64,000 nt of DNA from Alphaproteobacteria bacterium (GCA_035620695.1 DASPGI010000066.1:40163-104162); one strand, 5' to 3'. Positions 50,645-61,474 are shown, numbered from the stretch's first letter. Translations and numbers: made by a program. Notes: generated from the sequence alone by a model not told the origin.

Positions 50645-51205
50645 ATGGGAACCTCGTCCGTCCCTCGTGGCTATTTCGGCATCGGCGTCGAGCGCGTCAG
50701 CAAGCCGATGAATCTCGGCGCGCTCTTGCGCACTGCCCATGCCTTTGGCGCCAGCTTCGCCTTCGCCATCGCGCCGGATCTGAGGTTCCGCGACGCCAAA
50801 CGCTCCGACACATCGGCCACCCCGGAGCATCTGCCGTTCTACACCTTCGCCAGCGCGGCCGAATTGATGCTTCCGAAAGGCTGCGCCTTGGTGGGGGTCG
50901 AGCTCTTGGAGGAGGCGGATGACCTGCCGAGCTTCCGCCATCCGCGGCAGGCCGCTTATGTGTTGGGCCCCGAGCGCGGCAGCCTGTCGCCAGAACTGAT
51001 GGCGGTCTGCGATTTCCTGGTGCGCATCCCGACGCGCTTCTGCATCAATCTGTCGGTCGCCGGAGCGATCGTTCTCTATGACCGGCTGCTCTCGGCCGGG
51101 CGCTTTGCTGAGCGGCCGATCGTGGCTGGGGCAGCGCCGCTGCCACTGGCGCCTCATCGCCATGGCGCCCCGATCTGGGTGAAGAAGCGCGCGCGCCGCG
51201 CATGA
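50645..51205 (+). CDS. SpoU/TrmH-family RNA 2'-O-methyltransferase
   Basis: Start at MGTSSVPRGYFGIGVERVSKPMNLGALLRTAHAFGA (186 aa), the typical SPOUT/TrmH N-terminus, rather than the listed 50192. Divergent from the asparaginase gene. Confidence 0.75.
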   Translation: MGTSSVPRGYFGIGVERVSKPMNLGALLRTAHAFGASFAFAIAPDLRFRDAKRSDTSATPEHLPFYTFASAAELMLPKGCALVGVELLEEADDLPSFRHPRQAAYVLGPERGSLSPELMAVCDFLVRIPTRFCINLSVAGAIVLYDRLLSAGRFAERPIVAGAAPLPLAPHRHGAPIWVKKRARRA

Positions 51206-51273
51206 TCCGCTTGGAAACGAGGGTATTGAACGCTTGGCGATCGGGCCGTCCACACGTTATCCTTCCTCGCGCC

Positions 51274-51798
51274 ATGAGATTCCCATCAATGTCCACCCTG
51301 TTCGCGCTCTGCGCGCTGACGCTTGAGCCGAGCACCGTCCTCGCGCAGAGCGTCGAGCCGATTGGCGAGGCTGGAAAGTGGCGCGCCTACACCTTCCTCG
51401 AGGACGGCAAGAAGGTCTGCTACATGTCCGCCGCTCCGGACAAGTCGGAGGGCGACTACAAGGTGCGGGGCGAGGTCTATGCCCTGGTCACCCACCGTCC
51501 GGCGCTGGACAGCCGCGACGTAGTGGAGCTGAAAACGGGCTATCCTCTCAAGCCCGACGCCGACATCGTGGTCACCATCGACGGCAAGCAGAAGTTCATC
51601 CTGTTTGCCGACAAGGAGTCGGCCTGGACACCCGACGACAAGGCCGACCGGGCGCTGGTCATGGCCATGGTGAAGGGAAACAGGATGGTGGTCGAAGGGG
51701 TCTCCAGCCGTGGCACCAAGACCAAGGACACTTATTCCTTGAGCGGCTTCGGCAAAATGCATCAGACGATCGGTGCGGCCTGCGGCGTCAAGGGTTAG
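51274..51798 (+). CDS. Invasion-associated locus B (IalB)-family periplasmic protein
   Basis: Start at MRFPSMSTLFALCALTLEPSTVLAQS (signal peptide). The mature protein resembles IalB (WRAYTFLEDGKKVCYMSAAPDKSEGDY). Confidence 0.72.
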   Translation: MRFPSMSTLFALCALTLEPSTVLAQSVEPIGEAGKWRAYTFLEDGKKVCYMSAAPDKSEGDYKVRGEVYALVTHRPALDSRDVVELKTGYPLKPDADIVVTIDGKQKFILFADKESAWTPDDKADRALVMAMVKGNRMVVEGVSSRGTKTKDTYSLSGFGKMHQTIGAACGVKG

Positions 51799-51831
51799 CG
51801 CCGCACGCGCCCCTCTCTTATATTCAGGGCC

Positions 51832-52992
51832 ATGAGCACCGAGCGCCATGCCAGCCGCTTCGCCCCGCCGGCCCCAAGCGCCGAGGGACGTCTTGACCTG
51901 ATCGGTCTTGATCGGAGCGAGCTTCAGACCACGCTCAGCGAGATCGGGGCCGAGCCGTTTCGAGCGCGCCAGCTCTGGCACTGGATCTACCATCGCGGGG
52001 TGAGCGACTTCGCGTTGATGACCAGCCTGGCGAAGGAATTCCGGCTGCGGCTTGCCGAACGCTTCATCATCGGGCGACCGCAGATCGCCGCCAACAGCCT
52101 CTCTGGCGACGGCACCCGCAAATGGCTCCTGCGCTTTGCGGACGGGCAGGAGGTCGAGACGGTGCACATCCCCGAGGAGGATCGCGGCACGCTTTGCGTT
52201 TCCTCCCAGGTCGGCTGCACGCTCACCTGCCGCTTCTGCCATACCGGCACGCAAGCGCTCGTGCGCAACCTCGGCGCGGCGGAGATCCTGGGGCAGGTGA
52301 TGCTGGCGCGCGACGCGCTCGGCGAATGGCCGTCGCCCAAGGACGACCGGCTCCTATCCAACATCGTGCTGATGGGGATGGGTGAGCCGCTCTACAATTA
52401 CGACAATGTCGCCAAAGCGCTGAAGATCGCGATGGACCATGAGGGCATCTCGATCTCGAAGCGCAAGATCACGCTTTCGACGGCAGGCGTCGTGCCGATG
52501 ATCCGGCGCGCTGGCGCCGAGCTTGGAGTCAATCTCGCCGTTTCGCTCCATGCGGTCACCGACGAGCTGCGCGATCGGCTGGTGCCGCTTAACCGAAAAT
52601 ATCCCATCGCCGAGCTATTGATGGCGCTGCGCGACTATCCCGGGTTGTCCAATGCCCGGCGGATCACCTTCGAATATGTGATGCTGAAGGGGGTCAACGA
52701 TTCGCCGGCCGACGCGCGCGCTTTGGTGAAGCTGATCCAGGGCATTCCGGCCAAGGTCAATTTGATCCCGTTCAATCCTTGGCCGGGCGCGCCGTTCGAA
52801 TGCTCGGACGCGGCGGACATTGAGCGCTTTGGCGATATCGTCAACGCCGCCGGTTACGCCAGCCCCGTTCGCACCCCCCGCGGTCGTGACATCCTCGCCG
52901 CCTGCGGCCAGTTGAAGAGCGAAAGCCGGCGTTTGCGGGCGTCCCTGCGCACGGGCGCTCAGGTAGCGCCGGAGAGCGTTTCGCTTAGTTGA
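51832..52992 (+). CDS. rlmN: 23S rRNA (adenine2503-C2)/tRNA methyltransferase RlmN, radical SAM
   Basis: 386 aa. Radical-SAM cluster motif [11 protein letters not shown] (CX3CX2C) plus conserved RlmN N- and C-terminal blocks. Confidence 0.9.
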   Translation: MSTERHASRFAPPAPSAEGRLDLIGLDRSELQTTLSEIGAEPFRARQLWHWIYHRGVSDFALMTSLAKEFRLRLAERFIIGRPQIAANSLSGDGTRKWLLRFADGQEVETVHIPEEDRGTLCVSSQVGCTLTCRFCHTGTQALVRNLGAAEILGQVMLARDALGEWPSPKDDRLLSNIVLMGMGEPLYNYDNVAKALKIAMDHEGISISKRKITLSTAGVVPMIRRAGAELGVNLAVSLHAVTDELRDRLVPLNRKYPIAELLMALRDYPGLSNARRITFEYVMLKGVNDSPADARALVKLIQGIPAKVNLIPFNPWPGAPFECSDAADIERFGDIVNAAGYASPVRTPRGRDILAACGQLKSESRRLRASLRTGAQVAPESVSLS

Positions 52993-53012
52993 TCCGGGGG
53001 CTGTTGCGCTAA

Positions 53013-53029
53013 CATTATTGCGAATAATG
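53013..53029. promoter_or_regulatory. AT-rich perfect palindrome CATTATTGCGAATAATG (candidate operator)
   Basis: 17-bp perfect inverted repeat in the rlmN / membrane-protein intergenic region, about 170 bp upstream of the 53202 start codon. Strongly AT-rich in a ~65% GC genome. Confidence 0.4.
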
Positions 53030-53201
53030 TATCGTTGAATTACCCTATCTCCGGACGATTGTTTTAGATAAGCCGCCTGCCCGCCTTGCGCGGAGACGCT
53101 GGCGGCGCAGCTTCCAAGCGCAGCGCCTCCTGGTCAAATTTCATTCAGAGCAACTTGGCGCCCAACCTCCGTCGTTCCGCGAACCTCGGGGCGCGAGGCG
53201 C

Positions 53202-54821
53202 GTGGACTCATCGGTATCCAAACACGATCCCTTGCAGTGGAGCGGCCCTTTCTGGGCAGCGCTTCCCCTTCTGTTTCTCGCTGCCCTGGCGACGGCGAGC
53301 ATCGGGCTGGTTCTGAACACGAACGGCGCGTTCTTCTATACGCTTGATGATCCATACATCCATCTTGCCCTCAGCGAGCGAATCGCGCGGCTGCACTATG
53401 GACTGAACGCAGGCGAATTCGCCGCGCCCTCCTCCTCGGTCTTGTGGCCGTTCCTATTGGCTCCCTTCGCCTCATATTCCTGGCACCATCTCGTTCCCCT
53501 CGGCATCAATCTGGCCGCCCAGGCGGGCACGCTCGCGCTTATCCACCAGCTCATGCATCGCGGTACCAAAGGGGGCGCTCCGGGGCTTGCAGCACTCCTT
53601 TCCATTCTCATCGCGTGGTGCGGCGGCACATTCGCGCTGATCTTCACAGGCATGGAGCACAGCCTCCATCTGATGCTGGCCGTTGCAACGGTCCTTGGTC
53701 TGATCATCCTGATCGAGGAGCGGCGCCTTGTCGGTTGGCTGCCAGCCCTGCTGGTCTTTGCCCCGCTGATCCGTTACGAGGCCGGGGCGCTAACGGCGAT
53801 CGGCCTCATCTCAGTGTGGAGTGCTGGCTACCGCCGCCCAGCCCTCCTTACAGCGGCCGCGTGTCTGTTGCTGCTTGCCGCATTCAGCCTGTTCCTTGTC
53901 GCGAATGGTTCGCCCCCGTTTCCCGGTTCGGTGCTCGCAAAGCTTGGTGAGGGGATGGATCCCGGAAGCAGCATTGCCGCAAGCCTCATCAAGACGGCCA
54001 ATTTCAAGCTGGCCCAGGCCGAAGGCCGGAACCTCGTCCTGTCGCTCTGCGCCGCGGCGCTTGCGGGGGCGTTGGTTTCCAGTGGCAGACGGCTGGTCGC
54101 GCTGCTGGCGCTCGCCTTTCTGCTCCACTTCCTGTTCGGTCTCCTGACCGAGCGCTACATCGTCTATCTGCGCACCCTGCTTCTGATCGGCGCCGCCTAT
54201 ATCCTGGCCCCGCATCTGCACAGATTGAGAGAATGGAAAGGTGTCGCAGCCGCGATCGCCCTTTTGCTCCTGGCAAGCATGCCCCTCCTCTTCGAACCAG
54301 GGCGCGAATTTGTCCGCTTGCCCGGCAGGGCACAGGACATCCGGCTGCTTCAGTCGCAGGCGCATCGCTTCATCGTGGAGGAGTGGAAGCGGCCCGCCGC
54401 AGTCAATGATCTGGGGCAAGCGGCCTACCGCAATCCAAATTACGTGCTCGACCTTTGGGGCCTGGGTTCGGAAAAGGCCCGCCTTGCCCGCCTTGCGGGC
54501 GGAGAAGGCTGGGCGCAGCCGCTCCTCGTTAATCGACATGTCAAGCTGGCTCTGGTCTTCGATTCCTGGCTGAAGCGATCCATTCCCGGAGACTGGATCC
54601 GGCTGGGCGCGCTCAAGATCGACGAGGCCGTGGTGACGCATATGAAGGAGGAGCTTGCCTTCTACGCCGATCCGCGCGCCTCGGGCGAGCTTGTCTGCCT
54701 TCTGGCTCGGTTCGCCGAGACCCTGCCGCACGGCGTTCGTTTCCGGGCCGCGGCGACAAGCGCGCACAGTCCCCTCGCTTGTCACAATCTCGGCGATCCC
54801 CGATACTCCGCGCCCACTTGA
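53202..54821 (+). CDS. Polytopic membrane protein of unknown function; paralog of 56202..57761
   Basis: 539 aa, about 9-11 TM plus a ~180-aa C-terminal soluble region. It shares conserved blocks with the second copy ([14 protein letters not shown].../...[14 protein letters not shown].../...[27 protein letters not shown]...). The DDPYIHL motif follows TM1, as in GT-C-type transferases (speculative). Confidence 0.65.
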   Translation: MDSSVSKHDPLQWSGPFWAALPLLFLAALATASIGLVLNTNGAFFYTLDDPYIHLALSERIARLHYGLNAGEFAAPSSSVLWPFLLAPFASYSWHHLVPLGINLAAQAGTLALIHQLMHRGTKGGAPGLAALLSILIAWCGGTFALIFTGMEHSLHLMLAVATVLGLIILIEERRLVGWLPALLVFAPLIRYEAGALTAIGLISVWSAGYRRPALLTAAACLLLLAAFSLFLVANGSPPFPGSVLAKLGEGMDPGSSIAASLIKTANFKLAQAEGRNLVLSLCAAALAGALVSSGRRLVALLALAFLLHFLFGLLTERYIVYLRTLLLIGAAYILAPHLHRLREWKGVAAAIALLLLASMPLLFEPGREFVRLPGRAQDIRLLQSQAHRFIVEEWKRPAAVNDLGQAAYRNPNYVLDLWGLGSEKARLARLAGGEGWAQPLLVNRHVKLALVFDSWLKRSIPGDWIRLGALKIDEAVVTHMKEELAFYADPRASGELVCLLARFAETLPHGVRFRAAATSAHSPLACHNLGDPRYSAPT

Positions 54822-54849
54822 TCGGAGCAGATGCCAAGAGGGCTGGGCG

Positions 54850-56052
54850 GTGAAGGGCGCGGTAAAGAAAGTGGTCCTTGCCTATTCGGGCGGGCTGGAC
54901 ACATCGGTCATCCTCAAATGGCTGCAGGAGACCTACCGCTGCGAGGTCGTTACCTTCACGGCCGATCTCGGCCAGGGCGAGGAGTTGGAACCGGCCAGAG
55001 CCAAGGCCGAGCTTTTGGGCGTGAGGGAGATCTTCGTCGAGGATCTGCGCGAGACCTTCGTGCGCGACTATGTCTTTCCGATGTTCCGGGCCAACGCACT
55101 CTATGAGGGGGTCTATCTGCTCGGCACCTCGATCGCGCGGCCCTTGATCGCCAAGCGCCAGATCGAGATCGCCCGAGAGGTCGGGGCCGATGCGGTCGCT
55201 CACGGTGCCACCGGCAAGGGCAATGACCAGGTTCGCTTCGAGCTCGCATACTATGCGCTGAAGCCCGACATCCGGGTGATCGCCCCCTGGCGCGAATGGG
55301 ATCTCGCCTCGCGCACCGAGTTGATCGAGTTCGCCGAGCGTCACCAGATCCCGATCGCCCGGGACAAGCGCGGCGAGGCGCCCTTCTCGGTCGACGCCAA
55401 CCTCCTGCACATTTCGGCCGAGGGCAAGGCGCTCGAAGATCCTTGGGCCGAGCCCGAGGAGTTCGTCTATTCGCGCAGCGTGGCGCCCGAAGACGCGCCC
55501 GACAAGCCCGCCTATGTCGAGATCGCATTCGAGCGGGGCGATCCAATCGCGGTCGATGGCGAGCGGCTAACTCCAGCCGCGCTGTTGACCAAGCTGAATG
55601 AACTTGGCGGCAAGCATGGCGTGGGCCGCGTCGACCTGGTCGAGAACCGTTTTGTCGGAATGAAATCCCGGGGCGTTTACGAGACGCCGGGCGGCACCCT
55701 CCTCCACGCCGCCCATCGCGGCATCGAGAGCCTGACCCTCGATCGCGGCGCGGCACATCTCAAAGACGAGCTGATGCCGCGCTATGCCGAGCTCGTCTAC
55801 AACGGTTTCTGGTTCTCCCCCGAACGCGAAATGCTGCAGGCCTTGATCGACAAAAGCCAGGAGAAGGTCACGGGCGAGGTGCGCCTGAAGCTCTACAAGG
55901 GCTCGGCGCGAGTTGTCGGGCGCAGATCGCCGAACTCGCTCTACAGCCTCGCTCATGTCACCTTCGAGGAAGACCAGGTTTACGACCAGCGCGACGCCGA
56001 GGGTTTTATCAAGCTGAATGCCCTGCGATTGCGGCTGCTGCGTCGGCAATAA
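54850..56052 (+). CDS. argG: Argininosuccinate synthase
   Basis: Proposed GTG start at 54850 giving [19 protein letters not shown]..., because there is no in-frame ATG before the [10 protein letters not shown]-loop. Conserved ArgG blocks throughout, ending ...[13 protein letters not shown]. Confidence 0.93.
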   Translation: MKGAVKKVVLAYSGGLDTSVILKWLQETYRCEVVTFTADLGQGEELEPARAKAELLGVREIFVEDLRETFVRDYVFPMFRANALYEGVYLLGTSIARPLIAKRQIEIAREVGADAVAHGATGKGNDQVRFELAYYALKPDIRVIAPWREWDLASRTELIEFAERHQIPIARDKRGEAPFSVDANLLHISAEGKALEDPWAEPEEFVYSRSVAPEDAPDKPAYVEIAFERGDPIAVDGERLTPAALLTKLNELGGKHGVGRVDLVENRFVGMKSRGVYETPGGTLLHAAHRGIESLTLDRGAAHLKDELMPRYAELVYNGFWFSPEREMLQALIDKSQEKVTGEVRLKLYKGSARVVGRRSPNSLYSLAHVTFEEDQVYDQRDAEGFIKLNALRLRLLRRQ

Positions 56053-56201
56053 AAGACTGCAAGAACGAATTTTTCATTCATAATCGGGCAACTTTGGTCT
56101 AACCTACCCTCTTCACGGGCGGCAATGGCTGCCGGCGCTCGCGACCTCATATCCCGGCCGGCGGTTGAGCGCGAAACCCGAACGAACTCGTCGATAACTC
56201 C

Positions 56202-57761
56202 TTGATGATCGATACGGTTCACAAGCAACGGGCTCGGCTGTTCCAGGCACGGTTGCTCGTCTCCCCAATCCCGTTCGCGACCTGTCTCTTCCTGATCGAG
56301 CTTGCGGCGGCCCTGGCGCTCAGCGGCGGACAGTTCAGCTACGTATTGGATGATCCCTACATCCATCTGGCGGTCAGCGAGGAGCTGGCCCGCGGCGGAT
56401 ATGGAATCAACTCTGACGAGCTGGCCTCTCCCTCCTCTTCGATACTTTGGCCGCTCATTCTGACGCCATTCGCCCGCCTGTCGTTTCATCCCTATCTGCC
56501 GCTGATCCTCAATTACGGGTTCGTCCTCGCCTCCGCGCTCACGGCGCGAAGGCTTTTCGAGACGGAGCTGCGGAGCGAACACCGACCGGCTGTACGCGAC
56601 GGCCTTACCACCCTCCTGCTCTTCCTGGGCAGCTTCGTTTTCCTGGCCTTCATGGGCCTGGAGCATGTGCTCCAATCATGGCTCGGCCTCCTCATCCTGC
56701 TCGGCGTCATTCTGGCCAAGCGGGAGGGCCGGACGCGATGGTGGCTATGGGCCGCTCTCGCCGGCGCGCCGCTCGTGCGCTTCGATTCATTGAGCTTGAC
56801 CGTGCCTTTTGCTTTCTTGCTCTGGCGCATGGGCTACGGCCGGCAAGTGTTGACCATAGTCGCCGTGCTGAGCGTTGCTTTCCTTCTCTACGCGGGCGTG
56901 ATGCGGATGCTCGATCTTCCGATTCTACCGAGCTCCATTCTTGTGAAGGCGGCGATTGCCCACGCCGATCTGTCCATCGGTTCCACCGCGACTGGCCTGG
57001 TCCGGAACTTCTTTTCGGCCCACATTCTTTTGCGCCTGTCTGGTTTCCTCTTGCTCGTAGCCCTGCTTGTCGGGCGCCACCGCGGACCGGCGTTAGCCCT
57101 CGCCGCGGCCTGCATGCTGCATTTCATCTTTGGCTTGTCGGGATATGCATTTGGCCGTTACGAGGCCTATCTTCTCGTGGCTGCTATCTCTCTCTTCGCT
57201 CTGGCGGGGGCTCCGGCCCTGGCCTCGCTCGCCGAGCGGCGGGGCCTGTTGGTGGCGATGTTCGCCGCGGCGCTGATTGCGACCCCACTCTGGCCCATGG
57301 CGGTTCGCAATCATGCGTATCTACCCCTCGCCGCGGCGAATATCGTCGCTCAGCAGCATGAGATGCATCGCTTCGCGACCGAGTTCGTGCAAGGGCCGGT
57401 GGCGGTCAACGACCTCGGTCGGGTCTCTTATCGCAACGAGCATTATGTACTCGATCTGTGGGGTCTCGGTTCCGAAGAAGCTCGGCGCAGGCGTCTTTCC
57501 GGCGAGCCGGGCTGGGCAAAGGGACTGCTAAGCCAGCATGATGTTCAGTTGGCGATGATCTATGACGACTGGCTGGCAAACGAGGTGCCGGCCGACTGGA
57601 TGCCGATCGGCCGCTTGGCGCTGACGCGTAAGTTCGATACCGGGCTGCTGCCGGAGGTCGCCTTCTATGCCCGGCCGGACCGCGCCGCGGAACTGACGGA
57701 GGCGGCACGACGCTTCGCCGCCGGTCTGCCGCCCGGAGCTTCCTTCCGCTTCGCCGAGTAA
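56202..57761 (+). CDS. Polytopic membrane protein of unknown function; paralog of 53202..54821
   Basis: 519 aa with the same architecture and conserved blocks as the upstream copy ([14 protein letters not shown]..., SSSILWPLILTPFA..., [27 protein letters not shown]...). Confidence 0.65.
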   Translation: MMIDTVHKQRARLFQARLLVSPIPFATCLFLIELAAALALSGGQFSYVLDDPYIHLAVSEELARGGYGINSDELASPSSSILWPLILTPFARLSFHPYLPLILNYGFVLASALTARRLFETELRSEHRPAVRDGLTTLLLFLGSFVFLAFMGLEHVLQSWLGLLILLGVILAKREGRTRWWLWAALAGAPLVRFDSLSLTVPFAFLLWRMGYGRQVLTIVAVLSVAFLLYAGVMRMLDLPILPSSILVKAAIAHADLSIGSTATGLVRNFFSAHILLRLSGFLLLVALLVGRHRGPALALAAACMLHFIFGLSGYAFGRYEAYLLVAAISLFALAGAPALASLAERRGLLVAMFAAALIATPLWPMAVRNHAYLPLAAANIVAQQHEMHRFATEFVQGPVAVNDLGRVSYRNEHYVLDLWGLGSEEARRRRLSGEPGWAKGLLSQHDVQLAMIYDDWLANEVPADWMPIGRLALTRKFDTGLLPEVAFYARPDRAAELTEAARRFAAGLPPGASFRFAE

Positions 57762-57773
57762 CGAGAGACAATC

Positions 57774-58454
57774 TCAGCCGATCGGCGAAACCCCGAACAC
57801 GGCCGGGTGCAGGCCGATCAAAAGCGCATAGAACGCCGCCGCCAAGGCCAGGCGCCACCAGCCGATCTCCGACCAGACGAGCCGAGCGCGGCCTTGGGCG
57901 ATGGCGGCGATGGGAAGGTTCGAGGTGCGCGAAGCGAAGGCGGTCCAGCCGGCCGGGTCGCGCCCGCGCGTCTTGCGGTCGATCTCGACCGTGCCGACCA
58001 GGGCGAGCGCCAGCATTCCACCGAATAACACCAGCGAGGGAAAATCGCCATTGACGACCAGGTGCCCCGCCGCCCAGAGCGCCACCGACCACAGGAACGG
58101 GTGGCGCGTTATCGCCATCACGCCGCGCGCCGCATCCGCACCAAGGCCTCGCGTCTGACCCACCGTGGTCGGATTGCGCTGGCTGAAGGCGCCGACGAAG
58201 AGGAGGCTGGCCGGCGCCATCAAAAGAAGCGGCACGGCTGAGAACTGCGGTCCCCACCACGGCGCGCGCGGCGCGGTCGCATAGCCATAGGAAAGCCAGA
58301 GGAGGCCAATGAGCGCCACCATAGAATAGGCCATGGTGAAGCCGCGCTCGCCGAGCCAGCTCGCCAGCTTCGGCCGAACGGGCCCGGAGGCCAGGATGAC
58401 ATGCCCACCATAGAAGAGGGCCGCGCCCATCAGCAGGTGAGATGTGCCGGACAT
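57774..58454 (-). CDS. nnrU: NnrU-family membrane protein
   Basis: 226 aa, 5-6 TM, with the NnrU-like block ITRHPFLWSVALWAAGHL. Confidence 0.72.
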   Translation of the reverse strand: MSGTSHLLMGAALFYGGHVILASGPVRPKLASWLGERGFTMAYSMVALIGLLWLSYGYATAPRAPWWGPQFSAVPLLLMAPASLLFVGAFSQRNPTTVGQTRGLGADAARGVMAITRHPFLWSVALWAAGHLVVNGDFPSLVLFGGMLALALVGTVEIDRKTRGRDPAGWTAFASRTSNLPIAAIAQGRARLVWSEIGWWRLALAAAFYALLIGLHPAVFGVSPIG

Positions 58455-58497
58455 GGCGGCGATGGTCCGCGCCGCCGCAGAGGCTTGTCAAGCTGCC

Positions 58498-59373
58498 TCA
58501 AGCTTCGATGCCGCGACGCCTTCGAAACGCGGTCAGCGTGTTCTGCAAGAGGCAAGCGATGGTCATCGGCCCGACCCCGCCCGGAACGGGGGTGATGGCG
58601 CCCGCAACCTTGGCGGCTTCGGCGAAGGCGACGTCGCCCACCAGCCGCGCCTTCCCCTCGCGCTCGACGCGGTTGATGCCGACATCGATCACCATCGCGC
58701 CGGGCAGGATCCAGTCGCCCCGCACCATCTCCGGCCGGCCGACCGCGGCGATCAGGATCTCGGCGCGGCGACATTCGCCAGCGAGATCATGCGTCCGAGA
58801 ATGAGCGACCGTCACCGTGCAATTCTCCTGCAGGAGAAGCTGGGCCATCGGCTTGCCGACGATGTTGGAGCGCCCCAGCACGAGAGCGCGTTTGCCGGAT
58901 AGATCGCCGAGATGGTCCTTCAGAAGCATCAGGCAACCGAGCGGCGTGCAGGGCACCAGGCCCGGCAGACCCGTCGCCAGCCGTCCGACATTGACGACAT
59001 GGAACCCGTCCACATCCTTGTCCGGATCGATGGCGTCAAGCATCTTTGTCGAATCGATGTGCTTCGGCAGCGGCAGCTGGATGAGGATGCCGTCGATCTC
59101 CGGATCGGCGTTGAGACTGCGAATGAGGCTCAAAAGCTCAGCCTCTGAAGCTTCCGCCGAAAGCCGGTGCTCGAAGGAATTCATCCCCACCTGCCTGGTC
59201 TGAAGCGCCTTGTTGCGCACATAGACCTGACTCGCCGGATTGTCTCCGACCACGACCACGGCAAGGCCGGGGACGAGATCATGGGTGGATTTGATGCCGG
59301 CGACCGCCTCCCCGATGCGCCGGTGCATCCCTTCGGCGAAGGCTTTGCCATCGATGATCGCCGCTCGTGTCAT
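58498..59373 (-). CDS. folD: Bifunctional methylenetetrahydrofolate dehydrogenase (NADP+) / methenyl-THF cyclohydrolase
   Basis: 291 aa. [14 protein letters not shown]... N-terminus and FolD blocks (GILIQLPLP ... DVDGFH ... [13 protein letters not shown]). Confidence 0.95.
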   Translation of the reverse strand: MTRAAIIDGKAFAEGMHRRIGEAVAGIKSTHDLVPGLAVVVVGDNPASQVYVRNKALQTRQVGMNSFEHRLSAEASEAELLSLIRSLNADPEIDGILIQLPLPKHIDSTKMLDAIDPDKDVDGFHVVNVGRLATGLPGLVPCTPLGCLMLLKDHLGDLSGKRALVLGRSNIVGKPMAQLLLQENCTVTVAHSRTHDLAGECRRAEILIAAVGRPEMVRGDWILPGAMVIDVGINRVEREGKARLVGDVAFAEAAKVAGAITPVPGGVGPMTIACLLQNTLTAFRRRRGIEA

Positions 59374-59457
59374 TCGGATCGAAGCTCCCCTCTCATGCGG
59401 GCGGCAGAATAGCCCCGCCCGATCGCCTTGTGGCTCGCGCGCAAGCGAAGCCGCATG

Positions 59458-59796
59458 TCACCTGCGCGACGCGCCGGCGAGGCGGGCCGCAAGCCAGGCC
59501 TCCAGGTGCTGACGCAGCCGGCCGGACTCGCCCGCCAGGTGCAGGGTCTTGTGGCGGTCGACGGCCCCGGAGAGCAGCGACAGGCTCCGCTTCGGGACCC
59601 GCCATTGCCGCGCCAGGAAGGCGATCAGCTCGGCATTGGCGCGCCCGCCTTCGGGCGGCGATGCAAGCGCGATCCTCAGCTCGGCGCGGCCGTCCGGCCG
59701 ATCGGCAAGCCCCAGCACCCGCGCGGGCGCGGATCGGGGGCTGACCCGGACGAGGATGCGCACACCGTCCGCCATTTCAGCGAAGGGCGAGCCCAT
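59458..59796 (-). CDS. DUF167 / YggU (UPF0235) family protein
   Basis: 112 aa (...VRILVRVSPRS ... GRANAELIAFLARQ...). Downstream of the yggT homolog, as in yggS-yggT-yggU clusters. Confidence 0.7.
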   Translation of the reverse strand: MGSPFAEMADGVRILVRVSPRSAPARVLGLADRPDGRAELRIALASPPEGGRANAELIAFLARQWRVPKRSLSLLSGAVDRHKTLHLAGESGRLRQHLEAWLAARLAGASRR

Positions 59797-59806
59797 GGCC
59801 GGCCGC

Positions 59807-60086
59807 TCAGCGCAGATATTCGTTCATCAAGCCACGGACCAGGAGGAGCAGAACGATCAGCGCCAGGGGCGAGAGGTCCACCCCGCCAAGGTTGGGCAGG
59901 ACGCGGCGAAACGGCCTCAGCGCCGGCTCGGTGATCCGGTAAAGGAAATCGCCGATGGTGCGGACGAACTGATTGCGTGTATTGACGATGTCGAACGACA
60001 CCAGCCAGCTCAGGACGACATAGATGATGACGACCCACATATAGAGGTCGATCAGGCTGCTGATCAGTCCAACGATCGTGTTCATC
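59807..60086 (-). CDS. YggT-family small membrane protein
   Basis: Start at MNTIVGLISSLIDLYMWVVIIYVVLSWL (ATG at 60086), about 92 aa with two TM helices. The listed ORF start at 60268 is an over-extension. Confidence 0.7.
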
Positions 60087-60290
60087 GGCGCGGATTCTAT
60101 TCGGGAACGGTCAGAGAATGCGTAATCGCGGGCCGAAACCCTAGCCCAGCCCTCGCCGCATCCGCAAGGGAGCACGCTTGCGGTCAAACTCTCCGCTTCG
60201 CGCAGGCCCGGCCGCGCAGCAGAAAATCGGGCCTGGCGCAGCCTTGACAGCCTTCGTTCCGCCACCACATAGTCGCCCGCCCGAAGGTCA

Positions 60291-60366
60291 GGGGCCGTAG
60301 CTCAGTTGGGAGAGCGCCTCGTTCGCAATGAGGAGGTCAGGGGTTCGATTCCCCTCGGCTCCACCA
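60291..60366 (+). tRNA. tRNA-Ala (anticodon CGC)
   Basis: GGGGCCGTAGCTCAGTTGGGAGAGCGCCTCGTTCGCAATGAGGAGGTCAGGGGTTCGATTCCCCTCGGCTCCACCA. G3:U70 Ala identity pair, anticodon loop TTCGCAA, T-arm GGTTCGATTCC, encoded CCA. Confidence 0.9.
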
Positions 60367-60382
60367 GGATTTCAGCAGCGCT

Positions 60383-60410
60383 TTGGTCGAATACGACCAA
60401 GGCTTTTTGT
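60383..60410 (+). terminator. Rho-independent terminator downstream of tRNA-Ala
   Basis: Hairpin TTGGTCGAATACGACCAA (7-bp stem) followed by GGCTTTTTGTTT. Confidence 0.5.
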
Positions 60411-60555
60411 TTAGGGCGCCATGCTCTTCTCGCCGCTCGTTCCTGCTTTCTTCGCGCTCCGATAGCAGCCACCCCCATGTCGAGGTGAGGAAGACTCGTC
60501 GGCTTGAATTCGGCTATTTCCTGTTCCTTGCGGCTCACAATCGATCGAGGCAGGC

Positions 60556-61320
60556 ATGATCTCGGCGGATCTTTCCGGCAAGGTTGCCTTTGTCACGGGC
60601 GCGGCCTCGGGTATCGGGCTGGCGGTGGCGGAGTTGCTCGCTGCCAACGGCGCCAGTGTCGCGATCAATGATCTGCCCGACGATCCGCGCCTCGATGCGG
60701 CGGTCGAGCGGCTGCGGCAGGCCGGGCATGATGTTCACGCGTTTTCGGGCGACGTCGGCAAGCCAAGGGACGTCGAGATCATGATCGCGCGCGCGGCCGA
60801 GCGAATGGGTCGCATCGACTATCTCGTCAACAACGCGGCGACACCCGGCACGACGGCGCCGATTTCGCCGGCCGACTTCGAGCGCATGGACGAGGCGTTC
60901 TGGTTGCGGCTCGTCTCCGTCAATCAGATCGGCCCCTATCGCTGCTTGAAGGCTGCGGCGCCCTATCTGAGGCAAGCGCGGGGCGCGGTGGTCAACGTCG
61001 CGTCGACCGCCGGCCTGGGCGAGGGCGGATCCTCGAGTGTCTACGCCGCGACCAAGGCCGCGCTCATCCTGCTCACCAGAGAATGGGCGTTCGCGCTCGG
61101 GCCCGAGGTTCGCGTCAACGCCATCGCGCCGTCGACCGTAGAGGGCTCGGACTGGGAATGCCGCTTCGATCCCGCGGAGCTGGCCGCCATGATCGCCAAG
61201 CTGCCCTTGCGTCGCGCCGGACGACCCGAGGACTATGCCGAGGTGGTGTTCTACCTGTTGGCGGGCGCCGGATACATTACCGGACAGACGATCGTGGTCG
61301 ACGGCGGTGGAGTTCGCTGA
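60556..61320 (+). CDS. Short-chain dehydrogenase/reductase (SDR) family oxidoreductase
   Basis: 254 aa. TGAASGIG cofactor motif, NNAA motif, catalytic YxxxK region (SSVYAATKAAL). Confidence 0.85.
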   Translation: MISADLSGKVAFVTGAASGIGLAVAELLAANGASVAINDLPDDPRLDAAVERLRQAGHDVHAFSGDVGKPRDVEIMIARAAERMGRIDYLVNNAATPGTTAPISPADFERMDEAFWLRLVSVNQIGPYRCLKAAAPYLRQARGAVVNVASTAGLGEGGSSSVYAATKAALILLTREWAFALGPEVRVNAIAPSTVEGSDWECRFDPAELAAMIAKLPLRRAGRPEDYAEVVFYLLAGAGYITGQTIVVDGGGVR

Positions 61321-61474
61321 CGCACTGAACGACCCTCATTCGCTCGTGGGATCGACATCTGCTAGGCTAGGCCCGCAAGCCGGCATGAGGAATTCTCTCC
61401 CGGGGGACCGAAGTGGCCGCCGGTGAGTTCCACAGCGACGCCGGCCGGCCTTACACCATCGGTCCGGCTAAGCA

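Noticed and set aside
54831-55106. ORF 54831..55106 (+) as the argG start ([15 protein letters not shown]...)
   Set aside because: It is in a different frame from the conserved ArgG sequence. The argG frame has no ATG upstream of the P-loop, so a GTG start at 54850 ([15 protein letters not shown]) is proposed instead.
60291-60420. tRNA-Ala(CGC) as a possible genomic-island integration site
   Set aside because: There is no integrase, no direct repeat of the tRNA 3' end and no compositional break nearby. Ordinary housekeeping genes (yggT, yggU and folD on one side, SDR and amidohydrolase on the other) flank it.
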